Source: Bacillota bacterium
Lineage (GTDB): Bacteria; Bacillota; UBA4882; UBA8346
DNA length: 64,000 nucleotides
Reading direction: 5' to 3'
Assembly: GCA_023436305.1 (NCBI GenBank)
Contig: JAEZJQ010000016.1
Coordinates: 8,536 to 72,535 of the forward strand
In this document: positions 56,153-64,000 of the stretch, piece after piece
How positions within the stretch are numbered: position 1 is the first letter of the stretch
Layout: each line of letters opens with the position of its first letter
The notes under the pieces: generated by a model
Told to the model about the DNA's origin: nothing
The model's database searches: none
The model's input: only the letters and a program-made list of their open reading frames with translations
Made by a program: the position numbers and the translations under genes

Positions 56153-57862
56153 TTACCCCCGGGCGATGATGTCCTTGATGTTCAGTTGGATCTGGGCTGT
56201 ACCGTTCCAATGATTTTCTTCCAACGAAAACGCGAGATCCACTTCCCGGGTACTAGCCAGTTCCGATTGGACCGAACCCATATTGAATCCAATTCCTTCA
56301 AGAATGGAATCGCTTTTCGCCACTTTGATTTTAATATGTTTACCGTTTTCGCCGACATTTCGATACTCAACCAAATTAAGCGCTTGGCAGCCTAAAACGG
56401 GGGTTGGGTTCGCCGGTCCACAAGGAGCGAGCCGGCTAAGTTCACGGGCTAAATCCAAGGTAATATGATTGAGATCCACCAAAGATTCGATTTTTAAAAA
56501 TGGAATCAAGTCATCCCGGGTTAACCGGGCTTTGGAAGTCTCCAGGAACGCTTTGGCGAATGCGGGAATGTTTTCCCGGGTTACAGTGATTCCGGCGGCA
56601 AATTCGTGCCCGCCAAACTTGATTAAATATGAACTGTTGGCCTCGATGGCCTCGAAAAGGTTAAATCCGGAAATACTCCGGCCTGACCCCCGGCCTTCGT
56701 CTCCATCCATACCGATTAAAATCACCGGTTTATTATAGATCTCCACCAGTTTGGAAGCTACAATTCCAATAACTCCAAGATGCCAGTTTTCACCGGCTAA
56801 AACCAGCGCGTGTTCTTCGAGCAGTCCGGGGTTTCGTTGGATCTGGGCTAAAGCCTCCTGTAAAACCTGATTTTCAACCTCCTGGCGGATCTGATTCTCC
56901 TTATCAAGTTCTTTGGCCAAGTCTATGGCGTTCAACGGATCGCCGGTTGTAAACAATTTAACGCCTTGACTGGGATTCCCCATTCTACCGGCGGCGTTAA
57001 TCCGGGGCGCCAAGATGAAACCGATATGCCCGGCGTTAATTTCCCGATCTTTTAAACCGGCAGTTTGTAATAAGGCCTGTAAACCTACATTCTGAGTCTT
57101 GGCTAACCGGATAAGGCCATATTTCACTAAAATCCGGTTTTCTCCCAATAGGGGGACAATATCGGCCACGGTCCCCAGGGCGACCAAATCAAGATTCTCC
57201 TGTATTTTTTCTTCAAGCTCCGGAAAATAAGTAGCCAATCCCTGAAGCAATTTAAAAGCGACTCCTACTCCGGCCAATTGCCCGAACGGATATCCCATGC
57301 CATCTACTTTCGGGTTAATAATCGCATAGGCATCCGGTAGACATGGGGGCGGTTCATGATGATCCGTAATAATAATGTCAATCCCCCTGGTTTTCAGATA
57401 GGCGGACTCTTCGATGGCGCTAATTCCGCAATCCACCGTGATTATTAAGCGGACCCCTTTGGCAAGCGCTTTTTCCAGGGAAGTTAAATGGAGGCCATAG
57501 CCTTCTTCCAACCGTTTAGGGATATAATATAATAATTTGCCGGGCAATAATTTCCCCAATACCCGAATGATGACCGAAATAGAAGTGATACCGTCCACAT
57601 CATAGTCACCGTAAACCAGGATTTGTTCCTGGTTTTGAATGGCCCGGGCAATTCGTTCGACTGCCCGTTTCATATCCCGAAATTGAAACGGATCGTGAAG
57701 TCGGGCCAGATCTGGCATTAAAAACGCCTTAGCCTCCTCCGGGTCCGTTAACCCCCGGTTGACCAGCAACCGGCCCAGTAACAGAGAAATCCCCAATTCT
57801 TTTGCCAACCGGATCGCGCTGTTATCGGTGGACTCTGTCATTTTCCATACTTTCTTGGCCAT
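56153..57862 (-). CDS. recJ: Single-stranded-DNA-specific exonuclease RecJ
   Basis: DHH motifs (YGDYDVDGITS, ITVDCG, IITDHH) and DHHA1 (GGHEFAAG). Confidence 0.93.
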   Translation of the reverse strand: MAKKVWKMTESTDNSAIRLAKELGISLLLGRLLVNRGLTDPEEAKAFLMPDLARLHDPFQFRDMKRAVERIARAIQNQEQILVYGDYDVDGITSISVIIRVLGKLLPGKLLYYIPKRLEEGYGLHLTSLEKALAKGVRLIITVDCGISAIEESAYLKTRGIDIIITDHHEPPPCLPDAYAIINPKVDGMGYPFGQLAGVGVAFKLLQGLATYFPELEEKIQENLDLVALGTVADIVPLLGENRILVKYGLIRLAKTQNVGLQALLQTAGLKDREINAGHIGFILAPRINAAGRMGNPSQGVKLFTTGDPLNAIDLAKELDKENQIRQEVENQVLQEALAQIQRNPGLLEEHALVLAGENWHLGVIGIVASKLVEIYNKPVILIGMDGDEGRGSGRSISGFNLFEAIEANSSYLIKFGGHEFAAGITVTRENIPAFAKAFLETSKARLTRDDLIPFLKIESLVDLNHITLDLARELSRLAPCGPANPTPVLGCQALNLVEYRNVGENGKHIKIKVAKSDSILEGIGFNMGSVQSELASTREVDLAFSLEENHWNGTAQIQLNIKDIIARG

Positions 57863-57987
57863 ATAGCTCCTTATATTCTAATATTATTGGCAAAAGGCTG
57901 TCTATTTCTACAAACTTCTCCAGAATTTCATGAATTGAATCATCCGATAATTTGGCGCAGACCCGCATTATTTCTGACACCGTTATA

Positions 57988-58443
57988 TCAATCATTCTCC
58001 AAAAGCTCTAAAATCGTTCCCAATTGGGCTATGCCGTCAATATATGCATATCTTCCGCCTTGATAATCCCCTTTCTGGACCATCGGCATCTTTTGTTCCC
58101 CCAAAAATTCAATGGTTTGTTTCATACCTTTAATTTGAAAGGCAATATGATGGATTCCCTGCCCATGGGTATCCAAAAACTCGCGCCAGGTGCTAGGTTC
58201 CGGTCCCGGTTCAATGAGTTCAATCGTAATTTGACCCATAGGGATGAATGCCAGCTTGGCCCGTGCGGCAGTGCCTTGACCCCGATACTCCGTATGTGCT
58301 TCTTCCTGCGGGCCCGTGATCATCACCGGTGGCACCTCCATCTCCAAGAGTTTGGCCCACTGACGGGCTGTTTCCTCAATATTACGCACCACCAACCCCA
58401 CTTGGCAAACCATATTATTGTTCAAACCCGGCATTAACGACAC
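57988..58443 (-). CDS. VOC/glyoxalase-family protein (methylmalonyl-CoA epimerase-like)
   Basis: QVGLVVRNIEETARQW...IELIEP...GIHHIAFQI pattern. Confidence 0.7.
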   Translation of the reverse strand: MSLMPGLNNNMVCQVGLVVRNIEETARQWAKLLEMEVPPVMITGPQEEAHTEYRGQGTAARAKLAFIPMGQITIELIEPGPEPSTWREFLDTHGQGIHHIAFQIKGMKQTIEFLGEQKMPMVQKGDYQGGRYAYIDGIAQLGTILELLEND

Positions 58444-58716
58444 TCCTTCCTTGGCACCACGAAGTTACTTTCACAGTGCTTCAAATCGTAACGTATTATA
58501 TTCGAAGGGCATTATGGAAAAGCGATGTATACTCCTTATTTTAAACTTTTTCACACTACTTTTCAATTTATTATGATTCTAAAAAAACTCTGATTCTCCT
58601 TCTTTTTTTCCACTTTTAGAGCTGTAACATTCTATTTACGATTTTGCATTAAAATTTTAATCATTGATTTGAGCTGGTAAAATCACATGATAACCAGTTG
58701 CTGGAAAATTTCTTTA

Positions 58717-58745
58717 TTGACCCGGAAGTAAAACTTGGTTATACT
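58717..58745 (+). promoter_or_regulatory. Sigma-A-type promoter
   Basis: TTGACC-17 nt-TATACT upstream of the lytic transglycosylase gene. Confidence 0.5.
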
Positions 58746-58821
58746 CGATATAATTGTGTAAAAAAATCGAGTAAATATATTTTCGCTCGATTATTGATTT
58801 TTATTGAAAGGTGGATCTTGT

Positions 58822-59478
58822 TTGAAGTTAACGCATGACGAAGTGAATCGAAGCGCCAAGAAGATGAACCAAAATATATTAAAGTTAAAGGGTACAATCA
58901 CCAGAATCTTGATTGTGCTTCTCTTTATCGTAATTTTTATGGTAACTGGTTATTCCCGGCCGACACAAGCTGAAAAAGAACAGCAATTAATCCCTATGAG
59001 AGTAAAAGCAATTATGAGTTCGTTTCATTGTGACGACCCCCAAATACATACCGCTATTATGGAGACATTTGATCCATTGTTGGTTGCAATCATCATTGGG
59101 ATCGAGAGTGAATATAAACCAAATGCCATCAGTCCGGTAGGTTGCCGGGGTTTAATGCAATTGTCCCCAGACAAACTGGAGGATTGGCGTGATGTTACCA
59201 AAAATATTCGTGTCGGCTCGGCGTTTCTTCACGAACAACTCCGGCGTTTCGGCAGTATCGAATTGGCCATCGCCGCCTATAACGCCGGACCGGCCACTGT
59301 AAAAAAATATCACGGAATCCCTCCTTACCGGGAAACCATCCGTTACCTTTACAAAGCCCGTAAATTAAGTGCGGTCTATTATCCGGACTTATTCTCAAAA
59401 AATAAAGCCAACTTGGCCATGACTCATTTTCCATGGCACTATTGTTCAGAGCGCGCCCAAGTTTTCCATAGGGATTAA
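58822..59478 (+). CDS. Membrane-anchored lytic transglycosylase (SLT domain)
   Basis: IIIGIESEYKPNAISPVGCRGLMQL...AIAAYNAGP SLT motifs with an N-terminal TM segment. In-frame TTG 58822 follows an AAAGGTGGA RBS. Confidence 0.8.
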   Translation: MKLTHDEVNRSAKKMNQNILKLKGTITRILIVLLFIVIFMVTGYSRPTQAEKEQQLIPMRVKAIMSSFHCDDPQIHTAIMETFDPLLVAIIIGIESEYKPNAISPVGCRGLMQLSPDKLEDWRDVTKNIRVGSAFLHEQLRRFGSIELAIAAYNAGPATVKKYHGIPPYRETIRYLYKARKLSAVYYPDLFSKNKANLAMTHFPWHYCSERAQVFHRD

Positions 59479-59539
59479 AAGTTCCTTGAGACACATTATA
59501 ATTTTTTGATATGCTTCAAAATCAAGGCCATTTTACTAG

Positions 59540-59577
59540 ATCCACCTGGAAACAATGTTTTCGGTGGATTTTTTTCG
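59540..59577 (+). terminator. Rho-independent terminator
   Basis: ATCCACC-16 nt-GGTGGAT followed by TTTTTTTCG. Confidence 0.7.
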
Positions 59578-59700
59578 CAAACTGCTATAATTCAAAAAAG
59601 TTGGCATGTTTAGAATGGTAATGGTAAGGGAACCTGCTTGACCCTAGTTATTTAAAAATGGATGCAAATTTGAATGATACTGATCCGGAAAAATAAATTA

Positions 59701-59813
59701 GGAGTCTGTGTGCAAGTAACACTTTTCAATAGCTTAAAACCACTATATGTCGTATTAGAATATATCACTCGATACTAAATACGCTTCGAAAATCGATTAT
59801 CCGCACAGACTCC
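59701..59813. repeat. Hairpin repeat element, long copy
   Basis: GGAGTCTGTG-tgcaagtaacacttttcaatagctt-(about 68 nt unique)-CACAGACTCC. Related to 47432-47475. Confidence 0.7.
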
Positions 59814-59928
59814 CAGTCCAGTAACTCTGATCAGTAAAAAAATCACCATACTTTGTTTCAATAAACATTGATGAAGTTGGAGCATATTAAAATAATTAAT
59901 TTATATGTTAATTTTTTTAATCTTAAGA

Positions 59929-59957
59929 TTGACAAAATTAATGTGGAATGATAAGCT
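59929..59957 (+). promoter_or_regulatory. Promoter of the DUF2089 operon
   Basis: TTGACA-17 nt-TAAGCT, with a TG two nt upstream of the -10 element. Confidence 0.5.
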
Positions 59958-60042
59958 TTAATTGCCCAATCAATTGATCGTAAATTATTTTTGTTCATTC
60001 AAACGGAAACGATTTATTTAGTGGATAAGGAGGGCGGTTATC

Positions 60043-60432
60043 TTGAAGTACAAAGCTCCCGGCATTTGTCCGGTCTGTGGACATGAATTATCCGTGACCC
60101 ATTTAAGCTGTACCTTTTGCCCCACGAAATTGGAAGGAGATTTTGTATCATGCAAGTTTTGTCAACTTCCCAATGAGCAGCGTGAATTCATTGAAATATT
60201 TATCAAATGCCGCGGCAATATCAAGGACGTTGAGAAAGAACTAGGGATTTCGTATCCCACGGTCAGAAATCGTCTGGACTCAGCCATTGAGGCTCTGGGT
60301 TACCGGGTTGAAAAGGATGATTCCGAACTCGATGATGAGAAAAAACAGCGCCAGGAGATATTGGATTCCCTGGAGCGCGGTGAGATTTCGCCCACCGAGG
60401 CCGCGAAACAATTAAAGCGAATCGGGAAGTAA
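60043..60432 (+). CDS. DUF2089-family zinc-ribbon/HTH protein
   Basis: CPVCGHEL...CTFCPT...CKFC zinc ribbons, HTH IKDVEKELGISYPTVRNRL. TTG start after an AAGGAGGG RBS. Confidence 0.8.
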   Translation: MKYKAPGICPVCGHELSVTHLSCTFCPTKLEGDFVSCKFCQLPNEQREFIEIFIKCRGNIKDVEKELGISYPTVRNRLDSAIEALGYRVEKDDSELDDEKKQRQEILDSLERGEISPTEAAKQLKRIGK

Positions 60433-60511
60433 TATGGCGTAAGCGTTATTTCTATTAATCTTTGTCTATTCCCTAAAATCTTAGTCCAAATTATGAAAGG
60501 AGTTCAATATA

Positions 60512-60940
60512 ATGAGCGAAGAGAAACTTAAGATATTACAGATGATCCAGGAAGGAAAGATTAATGCGGCGGAAGGATTGGAGCTTCTAAAAGCGTTAGA
60601 GGAGTCGGAACCGAAATTGGACTCACCCTCCCCTACTCCCTCAAAGCTGGCCAACCGGTTTTTACGGGTCAGGGTCCAAAGCGCCGGGATTGTCAAAGCG
60701 AATGTAAATCTGCCCTTAAGTCTGGTGCGGGTTGTTTCCAAATTTACCGCATTCGGCATGAGCTATATTCCGGAGGCCGCCCACCGTGAGATGGAGCAAA
60801 AAGGGGTCGATCTCTCGAAAATCGACTTTGAGGAATTGTTGCGGCTCATCGAAGATGGCTTGGCGGATGGGAAACTGGTGGATGTGGAAGCCAATGATCC
60901 GGTGGAAGGGCCGGTTAAGGTGGAAGTCTATGTGGACTAA
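60512..60940 (+). CDS. YvlB/LiaX N-terminal-like (SHOCT-like) domain protein
   Basis: EEKLKILQMIQEGKINAAEGLELLKALEE motif. AAAGGAG RBS. Confidence 0.65.
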   Translation: MSEEKLKILQMIQEGKINAAEGLELLKALEESEPKLDSPSPTPSKLANRFLRVRVQSAGIVKANVNLPLSLVRVVSKFTAFGMSYIPEAAHREMEQKGVDLSKIDFEELLRLIEDGLADGKLVDVEANDPVEGPVKVEVYVD

Positions 60941-61301
60941 AAGCAATGGATACCGCAGTTTTTTCATGCTGGTCCGGATCCACGTCAGGAAAGGTTTCTT
61001 GATTCCCATTCCCATCCCCCTCTTTTTGCTGGACCAAACCCTGGATGCTGTTGAGGATCTGGCTTGGTTGGCCGAAAAGTTTATCCTGCCGGGAATTGTC
61101 CGCTCCGGGAACCGGCAAGATCAAGATTTTAAAAGTTTCCGGCACTGGGTGCATCAATCTGGCTCCCCGAGCCAGGCGATCAAGTTATGCCGGGGGATCA
61201 TCGAAGAATTGCGTCGTTATGGCAAATGGCGGATGGCGGAGGTGGAAACCCGCGACCCGAAAAGCCATGAACAAGTCCGGGTGTATGTAGACTTCTTTTA
61301 A
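60930..61301 (+). CDS. Hypothetical protein, start overlaps the upstream stop
   Basis: ATG 60930 lies in ATGTGGACTAA, overlapping the TAA of the preceding gene. Hydrophobic segment GFLIPIPIPLFLL. The track's longer ORF from 60786 overlaps the upstream gene and is rejected. Confidence 0.5.
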   Translation: MWTKSNGYRSFFMLVRIHVRKGFLIPIPIPLFLLDQTLDAVEDLAWLAEKFILPGIVRSGNRQDQDFKSFRHWVHQSGSPSQAIKLCRGIIEELRRYGKWRMAEVETRDPKSHEQVRVYVDFF

Positions 61302-61335
61302 TATTGCTTCGATTTTTTAGTGGAGGAATACGAGA

Positions 61336-61683
61336 ATGAGGAAACTGATCATTAAAACAGTTGCCAATGTGGCCGCATTTTATTGTGCCGCTCAAATTTT
61401 TACGGCAATCCATATGGACACCCCGGAAACGGGTTTATGGGCTGGGCTGATTCTGGCCGGAGTCAACCTCTTAATCCGCCCGTTGTTATTTTTAATTACC
61501 CTGCCGGTCAATTTCTTAACACTGGGCCTCTTTACTTTGATTGTGAATACCTGGACGGTGATGCTAACCGATACTTTTTTAGGGAGCTTATACATTCCCG
61601 GATTCTGGCTGGCGTTTGCCACGGCCTTGATTGTGTCCGCAATTAATATGCTGGGCCAGTCATTTTACCCGGAAAGAAGTTAA
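61336..61683 (+). CDS. Phage-holin-family-4 / YvlD-like membrane protein
   Basis: 115 aa with 3-4 TM segments, LIRPLLFLITLPVNFLTLGLFTLIVN pattern. GGAGGA RBS. Confidence 0.7.
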   Translation: MRKLIIKTVANVAAFYCAAQIFTAIHMDTPETGLWAGLILAGVNLLIRPLLFLITLPVNFLTLGLFTLIVNTWTVMLTDTFLGSLYIPGFWLAFATALIVSAINMLGQSFYPERS

Positions 61684-61884
61684 AAAAACAATGAAATCCT
61701 CCTATCCGGCTATTTTAGAATGTTTATATTTGACCCCAATCCAAAGTCCTATAAAATATAGGCGTTGATGTATAGTAGTAGTTTTTTGCGGGATGATCTC
61801 CTGATGAGTAATTATGTATATTCACAATGCCCACCTGTAAAAATCTTGACATACAAAATATGCGGAAAACTTATAAAAACTTGC

Positions 61885-61912
61885 TTGATTTCTTACTATT
61901 TTCTGGTAAACT
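61885..61912 (+). promoter_or_regulatory. Candidate extended -10 promoter
   Basis: TTGATT-16 nt-(TGg)TAAACT upstream of the zinc-ribbon gene. Confidence 0.4.
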
Positions 61913-61996
61913 AGATATAGTGCAATTCTATAACCCATCAGTCTCTCGATCCGGAGAAAAACAAAATTAAGCCGAACGGCGCCAGGAGGATGTTGT

Positions 61997-62281
61997 ATGT
62001 ATCAAGACAAAACGCTTACTTGCAAGGATTGTGGAACAAATTTCGTCTTTACCGCCAACGAACAGGAATTTTACGCCCAAAAAGGGTTTGCTAACGAACC
62101 CGGGCGTTGCCCGGCGTGCAGAGCGGCCAAAAAGCAACATGACGGAGGCCGGGGACGCGGCGGGGACCGCCAGATGTATGATGCAACCTGTAGCGGTTGC
62201 GGTGTAGCCACCAAAGTGCCGTTCCGGCCTACCGGAGAAAAACCCGTCTATTGCCGTGATTGCTATATGAGTCGTAGATAA
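61997..62281 (+). CDS. Zinc-ribbon domain protein with two CxxC...CxxC units
   Basis: CKDCGTNFVFTANEQEFYAQKGF...RCPACR and CSGCG...FRPTGEKPVYCRDCY, with an RGG-rich linker. AGGAGGA RBS. Confidence 0.7.
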   Translation: MYQDKTLTCKDCGTNFVFTANEQEFYAQKGFANEPGRCPACRAAKKQHDGGRGRGGDRQMYDATCSGCGVATKVPFRPTGEKPVYCRDCYMSRR

Positions 62282-62344
62282 TCCCGTATAAAACCGATTG
62301 AAAGATTCTGGTGCGGGAATAAACGCACATCCGTATCGCGAAGG

Positions 62345-62372
62345 CGCCCCGGAAATCCGGGGCGTCTATTGT
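62345..62372 (+). terminator. Terminator hairpin
   Basis: CGCCCCGG-aaat-CCGGGGCG followed by TCTATTGTAATT (weak T-run). Confidence 0.55.
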
Positions 62373-62468
62373 AATTGCCATCAAAACCAGCAAAAAATTT
62401 TTATAAATTTGAACTATCGGATCATTGGATATTGGGATAATATCGCTTTAAAGGAAACTTTTTGTTCT

Positions 62469-63979
62469 TTAAAACTTCATTAGATTTTGATCACCGTATG
62501 TATCCACGGTGGCACACTCTACTGCATTTTCTTCCGTGCGGCCATCACTCCCAAACAAGATAACTCCCATGATCAGATTGATGAAGTAGAATAAACTTAA
62601 TGCCCGCACCAAGATCACGGCGATATTCCCCTGATAACCTTGGAGATCGAAGATGAGTAAGACTCCCAGTAAAACGATCCAGACCGTATGGAACAATAAA
62701 AATTTATATCTCTCACGAATTACTTTCAATACCGTCTTTTTCCCCTCATATCCTTTCGCGGTAACCCGCCAGCCGAAAGGTTTATTCCGGTAAAAACTTA
62801 CCAGACTCATAAATTGGGTGTAATTAATGAAGGTGCGCAAAACATAGATGGACAAATACAAATACCACAGTTTCCGAAACCAGCGCAACTTTAATTTTCG
62901 GAGCTCCAAACGGTAATAATTAACAGCTTCCGCAAAACTAAGCAAGACCACCGGGATAAATCCGGTGGAAAATAACATGATTGCCGCCAGGGAATATCCG
63001 GAACGGGGATTCAACACCGCTATTAAATTCACAACATAAGCGATGGGCCCCGACCAGGAATTCAACAGATAAACGAATAAGTTAAATTTTTCATAAATGA
63101 TGAGCTTATCGCCGCTGAACACATTACGGCTATACTTATGAGTAACTTGCGCCGTTCCAAAGGTCCACCTTCGCCACATACTCTCGAAGGCGTTCAAGGA
63201 GTTGGGCACCCATTCTCCGGTTTTAATCCATAAAGTTTTTGAATAATACCCCCGGTTATAAGCCGCGATACTTTTCAGCAGGTCTTCGGCTATAATGATC
63301 TGTCCTTTATAATATTCCGTCCAATCCCCGATCCGGCCAAGCACCTCCCGGCGCCAAATGGCATTATGGCCCAGAAAAAAGGGGAAACCGCCCCCTCCCC
63401 GTCGATCCAATGCCGCAACCGGTACTGGTACATATTGACCGAGGCTACCAGGGAAAAACGGTTAAAGCTAAGATTGGTGGGAATAATCTGATATTGAATA
63501 ATCCCCAAAGTGTCATCCTGATGAAAGTATCCCAGGGAACGCCGAATAATATTTTCATGCCGGGGTAAGGTGGAATCAATATCCAACATGACCACATACT
63601 CCACCCCTTGCGGCAGATTTTCAACTCCCATATCGATGTTTCCCGGTTTGAACAGATTTTTTCGAGTATTGTACAAGAAATAAGTAGCTATCTGCTCACT
63701 TTGCGGGTATGCCTCCACGAAGGTTTTCCACCTGAGGAATTCTTCACTGGTACTATCCGGTGAATTATCGATTACAATAATGGTTTTTTTCCCCGGATAA
63801 TCATTTTCAGCTACCGAGTCAAAGGTCATTTTACAGACATCGAAGGCTTCATTGCAAGAGGGCAAAATAAAAGCCACCCCGGGATAGACTTCAAAATCCT
63901 GCAAAACATCATCTTTCGGCAGCATGGACTTAATGCCGCGAAAAAACACCTTGAGATTGATGAATGTATAGTGTAACAA
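62469..63979 (-). pseudogene. GT2 processive glycosyltransferase with multi-TM C-terminus, split by a frameshift
   Basis: The N-terminal ORF (63290-63979) has the GT-A motifs VAFILPSCNE...IVIDNSPD...MLDIDS. The C-terminal ORF (62469-63410) continues in another frame with FFLGHNAIWRR, AEDL, a WRRWTFG (QxxRW-like) motif and about 5 TM segments. The two frames overlap across a G-run at 63391-63400. Confidence 0.7.
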
Positions 63980-64000
63980 ACTAAAATTCGATAGAAAAAA

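Noticed and set aside
1-64000. A search for CRISPR arrays, rRNA, tRNA, transposases, integrases, or toxin-antitoxin and known defence-system genes.
   Set aside because: No repeat-spacer architecture is present; the only tandem repeat has no spacers. No rRNA-like or cloverleaf sequences were seen, and no ORF carries recombinase, transposase or recognisable defence-domain motifs.

Overview
This is a chromosomal segment of an endospore-forming Firmicute (Clostridia-like). Evidence for that: Spo0A, an alpha/beta-type SASP, a CwlD-like amidase, and YpiB- and YqhV-like proteins. About 85% of the genes lie on the minus strand. The content is mostly housekeeping: apt, argH, lysC, murC, rpe-rsgA-prkC-prpC-rlmN, spo0A, ymdB, rny, recX-recA, thpR-cinA, speH, ku, dtd-relA-recJ. 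One long same-strand block joins an ECF transporter (TrpP-like S component, EcfA1, EcfA2, EcfT) to indolepyruvate:ferredoxin oxidoreductase (iorAB) and a PaaK-type aryl-acetate-CoA ligase. There are two HD-GYP proteins, a LemA-TPM-TPM operon, a DUF2089/YvlB-like/holin-like operon and an apparently orphan Dam-like methyltransferase. I found no rRNA, tRNA, CRISPR array, transposase or integrase. The items most worth a second look are listed here. (1) Three tandem paralogs of an unrecognised secreted protein family with three EF-hand-like loops (26083-29160). (2) An 18-bp palindromic tandem-repeat array inside a 420-bp non-coding gap (30072-30492). (3) A hairpin or MITE-like element present as a short and a long copy (47432 and 59701). 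(4) Repeat-rich intercistronic spacers in the ior/paaK and rlmN/prpC operons that share words. (5) A signal-peptide protein with an outer-membrane beta-barrel-type C-terminus in a Spo0A/SASP genome. (6) A GT2 glycosyltransferase whose frame breaks at a G-run. (7) A promoter plus terminator leader in front of the ECF S-component gene. One real partial gene (1-1571, minus) is missing from the supplied ORF track. All calls come from reading the translations and the sequence by eye. No database search or folding program was run.
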